The position numbers were made by a program, and so were the translations under genes. The notes under the pieces were generated by a model. That model made no database searches and was not told the origin of the DNA. It saw only the letters and a program-made list of their open reading frames with translations. DNA of 64,000 nt from positions 32,001 to 96,000 of IMG/VR virus record IMGVR_UViG_3300032225_001322. One strand, written 5' to 3'. Position 1 is the stretch's first letter. Every line of letters starts with the position of its first letter. Source of the DNA: a virus (taxonomy: Duplodnaviria; Caudoviricetes). Of this stretch, positions 55,741 to 64,000 are shown in pieces.

Positions 55741-56004
55741 TTAATTGTTTTTGCCCCAACTTACCCTGGACCATACTCGCTCATGCGACCAATATATAAA
55801 AGGCTTAACAATCATTTCTGTAGCGCCTATGCCTAGACTAAGAATAAATTCGCCAGTGATTATATAAGAAATTACTATTGTCGTTAGTGTACCACAACAA
55901 CGATAGCTGTAGGCTTTAACAAGACTGCGCCAGGCAGTCTCGCTATTATTTAAGGCCCAGCTCTTTACGAATCTTTGTAGCACTGATGTCTGTAATGCTT
56001 TCAT
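55741..56004 (-). CDS. DUF2061-like small membrane protein (start uncertain)
   Basis: ETAWRSLVKAYSYR...YWSHERVWSRVSWG; nearest ATG is 56004, inside the upstream gene. Confidence 0.7.
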   Translation of the reverse strand: MKALQTSVLQRFVKSWALNNSETAWRSLVKAYSYRCCGTLTTIVISYIITGEFILSLGIGATEMIVKPFIYWSHERVWSRVSWGKNN

Positions 56005-56785
56005 CAAATGTTTCTTCTCCGCTAGTATAACCCACGCCACGACCCCATCCAATGTGTACAATATTAGGCACTACTTGTATTTCATATTGCCCTTGATATA
56101 CAGGATCTAAATCACGCCGAATAAATGCTTTAACTTTTTCTACTTCAAATGGATTACTACCTTGCCATCCTTGCACATCACGAATTTGTATGACCACTTG
56201 ACCAGTACGGGCAATTAACCTTTCAAATAAGGCGCGGTGGCCATCATGCCAAGGTTGCCATCTTCCCATCATCTGCACTGTTTCTTTCTTCCAGTCAAAT
56301 CGAGGACGGCGACGATTGTCAATAATGTGTTGGCCGATAAACTCTGCCCACTTTTCTGCGTTTTGTTCTGTGATTCTAAAATCATATTGTTCAGGTTCAA
56401 CGAATGCCGCATTGGTATCGGCGTACCGACCTTCGCGGATAGTGTCTACCCAAATAGTCCAATCAGCTTTAAAGTTATTACGCATTTCAACTAAAGGAGC
56501 AACAAAGTCACAGATAACATAATCACCACCGGCTTCCATAGAGAACTGGAACATACGGATACTTTGACGAATACGACCATCATTACTGAAGTCCCAGTCA
56601 TTGTATTTTCTGCGAATATCGTCAGCATTAAACCAAGTTACTTGGCAATTAAAATCGCCAATGTGTTCGTTTAACGCACGACCATAACTCATATCACCGT
56701 GTTTTTCTAAGTACGTTTTAAGTTCTCCTGCTAAGGTAGTTTTACCTGAGCCAGGTAAGCCCATGATTAATATACGCTGTGACAT
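55946..56785 (-). CDS. APS kinase (CysC)-like domain fused to HxGH nucleotidyltransferase domain
   Basis: GLPGSGKTT, NADDIR, DFSNDGRIRQ, DFVAP, FVEP; then MMGRWQPWHDGH, NPF, ISATKIR. Confidence 0.85.
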   Translation of the reverse strand: MSQRILIMGLPGSGKTTLAGELKTYLEKHGDMSYGRALNEHIGDFNCQVTWFNADDIRRKYNDWDFSNDGRIRQSIRMFQFSMEAGGDYVICDFVAPLVEMRNNFKADWTIWVDTIREGRYADTNAAFVEPEQYDFRITEQNAEKWAEFIGQHIIDNRRRPRFDWKKETVQMMGRWQPWHDGHRALFERLIARTGQVVIQIRDVQGWQGSNPFEVEKVKAFIRRDLDPVYQGQYEIQVVPNIVHIGWGRGVGYTSGEETFDESITDISATKIRKELGLK

Positions 56786-56801
56786 TGTTTTCCTTTAAAG
56801 T

Positions 56802-57080
56802 TTAAACTCCAGGTGTAGGAGCTGTTGGATCTGGTGTTCGCTCAACAACTTCATAAGCGGCATACCAATAGCCGTCGCCACCTAATGTAGGAGGAAGATC
56901 AGATAATCCGTGTGTTGCTGGATCATATGCTGGTAATGTAGGTGGATCAAAAACGATCACTACATTGTAAGGTGCTAACTGCTCAGGAGTAGGTTCTGAG
57001 GCAAAATGTACACCAGGTGTTTCATCAGCTACATTTACTCTACCTAAAAATTGTCCTTCGACTACTTTTGCATAATACAT
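56802..57080 (-). CDS. Pro-rich hypothetical protein, resembles tail-fibre-associated small proteins
   Basis: MYYAKVVEG...PAYDPATH...W. Confidence 0.55.
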   Translation of the reverse strand: MYYAKVVEGQFLGRVNVADETPGVHFASEPTPEQLAPYNVVIVFDPPTLPAYDPATHGLSDLPPTLGGDGYWYAAYEVVERTPDPTAPTPGV

Positions 57081-57105
57081 ATTTTATTTCCTTTGTTTTA
57101 TTATA

Positions 57106-59925
57106 CTACGGTCTCTTAAAATTAGCAAGATATTTTAAGAAAAAATCACTTTCCTCTTCAGGATCAACGACAAAGAAATCTATCATTTCGCCGTTTTCTC
57201 CATTCTGGAAAGCAACCTTCTCGGGTAATTTACCCTTGAAGGCAATACCATTTTGGGCACAATAACTATAAAAATGTTGTAATACACCCAACGACAATCT
57301 AATAGTCCAATCATCGCCGCACTTTTTCAAATCATTATGCCAAATATCCATACCCTTTTCTAGCCAAGTCATATCTGGGTTAGGATGCCCTGTAATAAAC
57401 TGACTCCAATAATCTACCATGATATAATGTCTAGCAAATACACGTTTAGGGTACGTTCTTACATTCTTATATATCAAATTAGCGTTTCTTCCTATGGCCT
57501 TACGCTTTAATGTTTCCTGATTTGCCAGTCCGTAGTGTGTTACATAAATGTGATCCTGCCAGAACATTTTGTTACCTAGGAAATGTTCATCATCTCTGCT
57601 GGGATATTCGTGTATGACGCCAGTAAATTGTATGCCAATATTATTTCTAAAGAATCTATCATGCATAACATCAACATTAACGCCATTTTCATGTGCTTTT
57701 TTGCTCATGGCTTGTACTTGGCGTAACAAAACACCATCGTAATAATCACTAATAATATATTTGTTCAAGGCCATGCTGTTTTCAAGCTGTTCGTCAGCAT
57801 CAATCCAAAAGATATAATCTCCGGTGGCAAGGCTAATAGAATAATTTCTTGCTCTAGCAAAGTTACCAAGCCCGTCCTCTTCTTCCCACACTAAATCATA
57901 AACTTTATCTGTGAATTTACGGGCAATATGTTTGGTATCATCGGTTGACCCTGTGTCTACAATTATAATCTCATCAGAGAAATCAGTGACAGTTTTTAAA
58001 CAACGACTAAGATTATCTTCTTCGTTACACACAATCATACAAGTAGATATAGTCTTGTACGGTCTAGTTTTGAGCCATTTGTCTTCGTAGTCAACATAAC
58101 CAAATTCAATGTTGTCATCTTTACTGGCGGTAAACCAGAACATCCAGTTACTGCACATTTCGCCCCTGCGACCCTTGGTGCTATGTGTATTTTTAGCTAT
58201 GGATAAATCAACATTTTTAAAAATAGCGTGTAAATCGTTTAATTCAAAGTGATGTACATGATGTATTTCTAATTTTTTCCGTTTAACCATATGTTCCCAC
58301 GGACCCATGGGTACAGTAAAATAAAACAATGTATTTTTGTTGGCAAGTTTCATCAAGAAATCAAGGAATTGTTGTGTATCTTCGATATGCTCTAGCAATT
58401 CTCCAACAAGTACAATGTCGGGTTGTAAGTCATATGTCAATACATTTCTAACATCGTCGACAATATAGTTTATCTGCGGATACTTCGTTTTATACTGTGA
58501 TTTAACATAGTCTAATACACCTTGTGATGAATCATACATAGTCAGTACTTCAATGTTTTTGGCAAATCTCTTCATCAAAGGTAATGAAAGAATACCATCG
58601 TTACTACCCAAGTCAAGGATTTTTAACTTCTTGTTGGGGAACATCTCAATTTCATTCTGGACAAGCTCAATTAACTTCATACCCCTGCCACTTAGATAAG
58701 CATCTTCATCTTTAGCTACAGGAGTAAAATCAGAAATAGTTAAGTTATCCTTTTCGCCTTGATCCAACATGTCACGATACTTTTGATCGCCAGTTAATTT
58801 CCAAGCGGCAACAATATCAGAATTATAAACTAATTGATCGATGATTTTGTCTTTGTATTTTTCATGTCTTTTGTTAAACATAAAATCAATTTCAGAGTTC
58901 CAAGATTTTGCTACTCTCTCCCAAGCATATGGTAGTATAGCTTTCTTAGCTTTGGTTACTTCGGCTTCGTAAACATCATCTTGATATTTGTCTAAATGTG
59001 CTAAAAACTTTGTTACATAATCTACAGTTCCGTAGTCGTCTGTAACCTTGACTTTAGTATCAGATTTTACAGTTTCTGACATGGCAAATTCATCTGTGGT
59101 AATAACTAAACAACCATTGTATTGTGCTTCGATAGCACTGATACAAGAAATCTCTGGGAAGTTTGTTGGATATACCATGTAGGCACACTTGGATAACAGT
59201 TCATAAAATTCACGCTTGGGCAAGTGACCAATCTGTTTGATATTGCGACTGTATTCTAATAAGTCTTCAACTTCCTTGTGTATCTTTTTAACATCGTCCG
59301 GCAATGTCAATGGATGCTCGTAGGTACAGATGTGTAGTGTCGCATCAGGATTGCGTTCAATAATCTCAGGCCAAATCTTTTCCAGTAATAATTTTAATCC
59401 ACGCTCAGGACGGCTAGCATAGATATAGTTGTTTTTCTTCTGCTCATATGGCACATACTCTGTTACAATCTCTTGGTCATATCCGTTAGAAGTCTTCCAC
59501 ACATAATTTGTTGGGTCAATATCATAGTTCTTAACAAATAAACCCTTGTGGAAGTCACTTAAACAGAATACCCTATCAGTACAACCTATAGCATCTCTAA
59601 AATTGTTAGTGTCAATATCGTGGCACCAGAGAATATTCATCTTACTATCAACCGGTAGTGCCAGGAAATCTGTAAATCTACTTACGATCAATGTATCAAA
59701 TTGTGATTTGTTGTCGTTAGTATATTGATCCACTGTACGATATTCTACACCATCGTACCAACCGGGGGAATCGCATTCGCAATAAACTACCACATCATTG
59801 CCCAGTTTGAACATCTCTCTGGCCATGTAGATTAGTGCCGATTCAGAACCGCCTAGTGCTTTTTCATTAACAGTATGTCCGTTAAATTTAAGTCCTGATG
59901 TTACAAATCCTATAGTTTTTTTCAT
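57106..59925 (-). CDS. Tri-domain GT-B (GT4-like) + SAM methyltransferase + GT-A (GT2-like) protein (start MKKTIG at 59925)
   Basis: LGGSE, SRPERGL, FPEISCISAIEA; ILDLGSNDG, ELLEH; CMIVCNEE, IVDTGSTDDT, FARARN, WIDADE, IHE; ATGA overlap. Confidence 0.88.
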   Translation of the reverse strand: MKKTIGFVTSGLKFNGHTVNEKALGGSESALIYMAREMFKLGNDVVVYCECDSPGWYDGVEYRTVDQYTNDNKSQFDTLIVSRFTDFLALPVDSKMNILWCHDIDTNNFRDAIGCTDRVFCLSDFHKGLFVKNYDIDPTNYVWKTSNGYDQEIVTEYVPYEQKKNNYIYASRPERGLKLLLEKIWPEIIERNPDATLHICTYEHPLTLPDDVKKIHKEVEDLLEYSRNIKQIGHLPKREFYELLSKCAYMVYPTNFPEISCISAIEAQYNGCLVITTDEFAMSETVKSDTKVKVTDDYGTVDYVTKFLAHLDKYQDDVYEAEVTKAKKAILPYAWERVAKSWNSEIDFMFNKRHEKYKDKIIDQLVYNSDIVAAWKLTGDQKYRDMLDQGEKDNLTISDFTPVAKDEDAYLSGRGMKLIELVQNEIEMFPNKKLKILDLGSNDGILSLPLMKRFAKNIEVLTMYDSSQGVLDYVKSQYKTKYPQINYIVDDVRNVLTYDLQPDIVLVGELLEHIEDTQQFLDFLMKLANKNTLFYFTVPMGPWEHMVKRKKLEIHHVHHFELNDLHAIFKNVDLSIAKNTHSTKGRRGEMCSNWMFWFTASKDDNIEFGYVDYEDKWLKTRPYKTISTCMIVCNEEDNLSRCLKTVTDFSDEIIIVDTGSTDDTKHIARKFTDKVYDLVWEEEDGLGNFARARNYSISLATGDYIFWIDADEQLENSMALNKYIISDYYDGVLLRQVQAMSKKAHENGVNVDVMHDRFFRNNIGIQFTGVIHEYPSRDDEHFLGNKMFWQDHIYVTHYGLANQETLKRKAIGRNANLIYKNVRTYPKRVFARHYIMVDYWSQFITGHPNPDMTWLEKGMDIWHNDLKKCGDDWTIRLSLGVLQHFYSYCAQNGIAFKGKLPEKVAFQNGENGEMIDFFVVDPEEESDFFLKYLANFKRP

Positions 59926-61295
59926 TTGATGTCCTTGAGTACTTCTTTTAATTCTGTGTATGCTTCTTTCCAAATTTCTGGAGTTACTTGTCTAATCAAT
60001 CTTAAATTGTCACCATACCAACAAGCTGTTGGTTTGCCTTCTGCCCAAGTATAGTATTCCATAATTGGCACTAAAATAATAGTTTTCTTGCCCATGGCAC
60101 AAGCGGCATGTGCTACTGATGTACAACTTGTCACGATTAAGTCTAGATTATACATGATTCCCAACAAGTCGTCAAACGATTTAAGTTCCAAACTGAGGTC
60201 TTTAACTCGCGGGCTTTGTTTTAACTGTTCCATGCCCACATCACGCTGTATAGAGTATAAGGACCACCCATTGTCTTTTGGCATGGCATTAATCATGCTT
60301 TGTAAATTGAGTGTGCGATGTAATTCGTGGTCATATCTAGCGTTGCCTGCCCAGCGTAACCCTACTTTGTAATCGCCGGTTATAGTATTTTTATGTTTTT
60401 CGATATATTCTGGTTTGGCTTCTAAGTAAGGGCCAGTCCATAATTGATCGGCGTCAAGATCCAAAGTCTTTGGCAAATCCATCATAGGAGTCCAATAGTC
60501 ATAATCTCGTTTATTATATTCTTTGGTATTGATCATTTTGGTAAAACCAAGATGGCTATAAACACTGGTAATGCCATGTACTGACATAATAGAACAAGTC
60601 ATACCCATGGCTAATATGTTTTTAACAAATCTAACATTGATAATCTCGTCACCAATGCCGCCTTCTGCTACAAATAATAAATGCTTACCTGGGCGCGGTT
60701 TGCCATCCCATTCTGGCAGTCCATCTGTAACTTTGGAATATGAACCAAATACTTTTAATTTACGACCAATGGAAAGATGTTCCATACCTGCTTTAAAATC
60801 ACCTTGAGCTATATAGTGTACACCCATATTGAACAAGATAGAATCGGCCATGGTACCATCATACTTCCATAGATCTTTTTCTATGTTTTTTAATATTTCA
60901 TAGGATTCATCTTTCCTATTACAAGCAAATAATGCTGCTGAAAGGTCCAACATACCTTCGGCACCCATGTCTACATTGTTAGACATAAACTTAAATGCCG
61001 CCACTGCTTTAGTTGGTTTGTTTGCTGATAGATATACTTTAGCCAAGTTAGCAGATACTGCTAATTTTTCCTCAATAGACTTGGCCTGTTCCAATGCTTG
61101 CTCGCCGTATTCTATAGATTTAAGGAATTTTTTGGCTTTGTTATATCCAAAACAGTATAAATCGTTGCCCAACAAATCGTTTGGTACTACTTTATGTTTT
61201 TCAAAAGTTTCCAATAAAGTAACTATCTCGTCTAATAAATCAACACGGGCGAAGATTTCTATAGTTTGTTTTACAGCATCGTGATCGGTCATCAT
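59922..61295 (-). CDS. TPR-repeat protein with GT-B (GT9-like) glycosyltransferase domain
   Basis: Helical repeats, then WDG...EGGIGDEI, VGLRWAGN, LDLIVTSCTSVAHAACAMG, WY. Confidence 0.8.
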   Translation of the reverse strand: MMTDHDAVKQTIEIFARVDLLDEIVTLLETFEKHKVVPNDLLGNDLYCFGYNKAKKFLKSIEYGEQALEQAKSIEEKLAVSANLAKVYLSANKPTKAVAAFKFMSNNVDMGAEGMLDLSAALFACNRKDESYEILKNIEKDLWKYDGTMADSILFNMGVHYIAQGDFKAGMEHLSIGRKLKVFGSYSKVTDGLPEWDGKPRPGKHLLFVAEGGIGDEIINVRFVKNILAMGMTCSIMSVHGITSVYSHLGFTKMINTKEYNKRDYDYWTPMMDLPKTLDLDADQLWTGPYLEAKPEYIEKHKNTITGDYKVGLRWAGNARYDHELHRTLNLQSMINAMPKDNGWSLYSIQRDVGMEQLKQSPRVKDLSLELKSFDDLLGIMYNLDLIVTSCTSVAHAACAMGKKTIILVPIMEYYTWAEGKPTACWYGDNLRLIRQVTPEIWKEAYTELKEVLKDIK

Positions 61296-62074
61296 AGTTC
61301 GTTTAATATTTCTTGTATTTTTGAATCAACTCTTTCGTTTGGAATACAAACAAAATCTTGATGCGTAATATATATTGTATAATCCATTGACTCTATAAAT
61401 TCTTTTAAATCATTTCCACCATTTACTTGCTTGGTATATTCTACAAATAAGAAAGGGCGATGCTTGTTAATGGTAGCAACAGCGCCTTTTAACACATGCA
61501 TTTCCATACCTTCAACATCTACTTTGACAAATACAATATTATCTATATTTTTAAAATATTCATCAATAATAATCTGGGGTACTCGATCACCGTTGCCAAA
61601 ATCTAATTCTTGTCCTACATCGCCTTCAAACTCGCCAGTCAATCCAACACTACCAAAACTGGAAGGTTGATAATAATTTAACTTGGGAATTGTAATGGGT
61701 TGAGTTGTATCGCCTACTGCTAGTCGTTCTACCCGAGCATTATCAATATTGTTTAACGCATAGTTGGCGCAATTTAAATAAAAGGTTTGTTCCTGTGGTT
61801 CAAATGCGTAGACAAAACCGCCAAATTGTTCTACATGTTTTGCTGCTTGGATGGCAAACACACCAATATTCGAACCTACATCTATAACAACAGGATTGGC
61901 AATATTAGTAAAATATCTTGATACAATATAAGCAGGAACCATACAGTCGATTCCTTTGTCTAAAATAAATTGCCCCACTCCAAAATTATTTTCTGGATTA
62001 TAATCAAACCTGTTAACCAACATGGTACCGCATTCAGCAGAAACCAGTACATTTCTGCGGGGTTTTCCTATCAT
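61292..62074 (-). CDS. FkbM-family methyltransferase
   Basis: IDVGSNIG, YAFEPQ, KVDVEGMEMHVLKGA, PFLFVE. Confidence 0.92.
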   Translation of the reverse strand: MIGKPRRNVLVSAECGTMLVNRFDYNPENNFGVGQFILDKGIDCMVPAYIVSRYFTNIANPVVIDVGSNIGVFAIQAAKHVEQFGGFVYAFEPQEQTFYLNCANYALNNIDNARVERLAVGDTTQPITIPKLNYYQPSSFGSVGLTGEFEGDVGQELDFGNGDRVPQIIIDEYFKNIDNIVFVKVDVEGMEMHVLKGAVATINKHRPFLFVEYTKQVNGGNDLKEFIESMDYTIYITHQDFVCIPNERVDSKIQEILNEL

Positions 62075-62643
62075 TTAATGACTTTCCACAAAAATCTTAC
62101 TTCCACTATCATGTTATTTCGTTCGCGAATCATCATTTGAAATTCTTTTTCTTCCGGTGATCCAGGTTTTATTTTTTGAACAATTGGTTGATATGCGGCA
62201 TCAATATTAAACGCATAATCAGTAATTTTAAAATCTACACCATAATAATAACCTAACTGCGAACTATGATCCCCAATAGTATCGCAATGACGATTATATT
62301 CTTTACTAAACAAAGTCATACCATCGATAGTAATCGGTCGCTTATGGGTAGGGTCATTTAAAAATACATCGTGTCTGTGATGCGGGACTAACACTTCAAT
62401 TTCAGTTCCAGATTTGCACACACGATACAATTCTTTCAAGCAATGGAAAAAATCTGGATCTCCTAAATGTTCTAATACATGATGTGCTTTAACTTCAGTG
62501 ACCGAATCATCGGCCCAGGGCCAAACGTCACGACCAATATCTAACACATAGTCTGGACTGAAATTGTCATCATAATCGACATTTAAAAACCCATCAAATT
62601 TAGATGGGCCGCTACCAATGTTTAATTTAATATCCGTTGACAT
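62071..62643 (-). CDS. Class I SAM-dependent methyltransferase (type 11-like)
   Basis: LNIGSG, NVD, HVLEH, ELYRVCK, DPTH. Confidence 0.88.
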   Translation of the reverse strand: MSTDIKLNIGSGPSKFDGFLNVDYDDNFSPDYVLDIGRDVWPWADDSVTEVKAHHVLEHLGDPDFFHCLKELYRVCKSGTEIEVLVPHHRHDVFLNDPTHKRPITIDGMTLFSKEYNRHCDTIGDHSSQLGYYYGVDFKITDYAFNIDAAYQPIVQKIKPGSPEEKEFQMMIRERNNMIVEVRFLWKVIK

Positions 62644-62649
62644 CAGCGG

Positions 62650-63429
62650 TTACTTAAGGTGTTTCCAGAAATCCATTTGCTCAAGATGATTAAACAAATC
62701 CATAGGTAATATTGTCTGGCGTTCTTTAAACTGTACCTTCTGACGGACATGATGTAAACCATTGATGTTCATGTCAGCGTCAAACTCGTCATAGTCGCCT
62801 TGGACATTTTCAAAGTCATGTTCATACCATGGCTCGCCGACGAATTCATAAATTTTCTTCATAACCAATTTAGGATTCTTAGCAAGTTGGTCGTATTGTA
62901 CGACCATGATGTTTTCTTTATTTGGTCCGAACATAGCTTGTTTGACACCGTCGTAGGCAAAGCCGACAAACGCACTTGGGTCTGTTAAATATTTGGCGCG
63001 ACTGTAAACACTCACGCCAGCACCTTGCGGAAACATGTTAGGTACATCATAAGGATTCTTGGCAAACAATGTTTCAAAGCTGTCGATGATCCAAGGAATG
63101 CTACGAATACATACAATAGTTTTAGCTTTAGGATACAAATCAGCCAGTAATGGTGTTAAGTATGTCCAACCGCGATTAGTATCAAATACTGTTGGCGAAC
63201 TATCTTTGTAATAGGTGTCAGTAACAGAGTGGATTAACTCTTTGCGTTTTTCTTTAGGACATTGAAACCGATATCCGCCTTGTGACTGCGACTCTTCGAT
63301 AATAGCTCTATAAAAACGAGCCAATGGTCCCGAGATTGAACTATTAAATTTTGGATTCTGTTTTAGAATTGACGATAATAGTGTTGTGCCCGCACGTGGT
63401 AGGCCAGAGATGAAATGAATATTTTCCAT
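62650..63429 (-). CDS. PAPS-dependent sulfotransferase
   Basis: 5'-PSB loop SGLPRAGTTLL, R...S 3'-PB, YDQL...P...MKKIYEF. Confidence 0.88.
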   Translation of the reverse strand: MENIHFISGLPRAGTTLLSSILKQNPKFNSSISGPLARFYRAIIEESQSQGGYRFQCPKEKRKELIHSVTDTYYKDSSPTVFDTNRGWTYLTPLLADLYPKAKTIVCIRSIPWIIDSFETLFAKNPYDVPNMFPQGAGVSVYSRAKYLTDPSAFVGFAYDGVKQAMFGPNKENIMVVQYDQLAKNPKLVMKKIYEFVGEPWYEHDFENVQGDYDEFDADMNINGLHHVRQKVQFKERQTILPMDLFNHLEQMDFWKHLK

Positions 63430-63457
63430 GATAATTTTTCCGTTTTAATACTGCTAA

Positions 63458-64000
63458 TTAGATTGTACTTGGTTCTTGGGGGATTGTCAAGTCTTGCGTG
63501 GGTTTTAAGAAGAAAAACTGGAGCAGTCTAGCCGTTTGTTGACTGTCACCAAACACATCATTGTATGAATGGAACACCCAAGGGCGGAACAATACCAATT
63601 CATTGGTTTTTAATTCAATGCGGCTAGTTTCTTCCCATTTATCTTCCCAATTATTATTTTCAAAGGACATGAAAGCTTCGATGTGTTCGTAGGAATATAA
63701 TTTTTCTTTGGATAACTCTTCTGGATCCATGGGAACATGATCCCATCCAGTGCGTTTGTGTTTGTAAAATTTTAAATAATGCGGATTCTCGGATTTGTTT
63801 AGAGATACAATACCAACCCATTGTGTGTTAGGTTCTGGGTATTGGATACATACTGATCTAGCCGGCAGTTCATCCGCTTGATTGCTAATAAATGTTCCAG
63901 ATCCAGGTACAAATTCAAAAGCTGAAATATCTTCTGGTACTCCAATGATGTTTTGAATATGTCTCAGCATGTCATCATTGGCAAAAGGCATTGGGCAAAT
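63458..64000 (-). CDS. 2OG-Fe(II) oxygenase-like (DUF6445-like) protein, 5' end outside the window
   Basis: Frame open to 64000; WVGIVSL, NELVLFRPWVFHS, FGD, RLLQFFF. Confidence 0.65.
   Translation of the reverse strand: MCPMPFANDDMLRHIQNIIGVPEDISAFEFVPGSGTFISNQADELPARSVCIQYPEPNTQWVGIVSLNKSENPHYLKFYKHKRTGWDHVPMDPEELSKEKLYSYEHIEAFMSFENNNWEDKWEETSRIELKTNELVLFRPWVFHSYNDVFGDSQQTARLLQFFFLKPTQDLTIPQEPSTI

Noticed and set aside
9384-59973. Track starts at 9414, 11115, 49954, 56061 and 59973
   Set aside because: Stop-start coupling, SD or promoter position and domain boundaries favour 9384, 11082, 49918, about 56004 and 59925.
396-62988. Other short ORFs nested in or antisense to called genes (e.g. 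4323-4604, 32665-33135, 44838-45314)
   Set aside because: They overlap well-supported genes and lack their own signals or recognisable motifs.
1-64000. Stop-codon recoding
   Set aside because: Core genes are full length in code 11, and TAA, TAG and TGA all end genes (e.g. nrdA ends in TAG after CEACKL).
1-64000. Bacterial chromosome or prophage, given iscU/iscA, cysC-like and glycosyltransferase genes
   Set aside because: These genes are interleaved with T4-like core genes and phage promoters; no integrase, att site or host flank is visible.
1-64000. tRNA or rRNA genes
   Set aside because: Intergenic gaps are short and I recognised no cloverleaf; a tRNAscan-SE run would confirm.

Overview
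A gene-dense, AT-rich, almost entirely minus-strand segment of a large lytic myovirus (contractile tail) distantly related to T4. It uses the standard genetic code. IscU/IscA similarity suggests a proteobacterial host (inference). Left to right: (1) a class Ia ribonucleotide reductase operon (nrdA, nrdB, glutaredoxin) interrupted by four accessory genes; (2) a beta-helix tail fibre/spike, a PD-(D/E)XK exonuclease and Fe-S assembly genes iscU-iscA; (3) unknown, probably head-associated late proteins, including a nucleotidyltransferase/ligase-like fusion; (4) replication and recombination genes (gp41, gp61-like, a 195-aa DnaE-like catalytic core, gp62-like, UvsW, UvsY, UvsX, gp32); (5) packaging and morphogenesis genes (TerL, gp4, tail tube, 1215-aa sheath, gp13/14/15) plus dNMP kinase, a 3'-5' exonuclease and a Nudix hydrolase; (6) a Gly/Pro-rich fibre gene next to an island encoding glycosyltransferases, methyltransferases, a sulfotransferase, an APS-kinase/HxGH-nucleotidyltransferase fusion and a 2OG-Fe(II) oxygenase-like protein. 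The best candidate for an undescribed system is this island, which may build methylated, sulfated glycans with a 279-aa possible minimal PAPS synthase. Also visible in the sequence: sigma70 and TAAATA late promoters often only 5-8 nt from the ATG (leaderless), hairpins over late ribosome-binding sites, GGCAAC repeats in the gp32 leader, and probable capsid-targeted, protease-processed proteins. I recognised no tRNA, rRNA, CRISPR array, integrase, intron or functional intein. All family assignments come from motif recognition by eye, not database searches.
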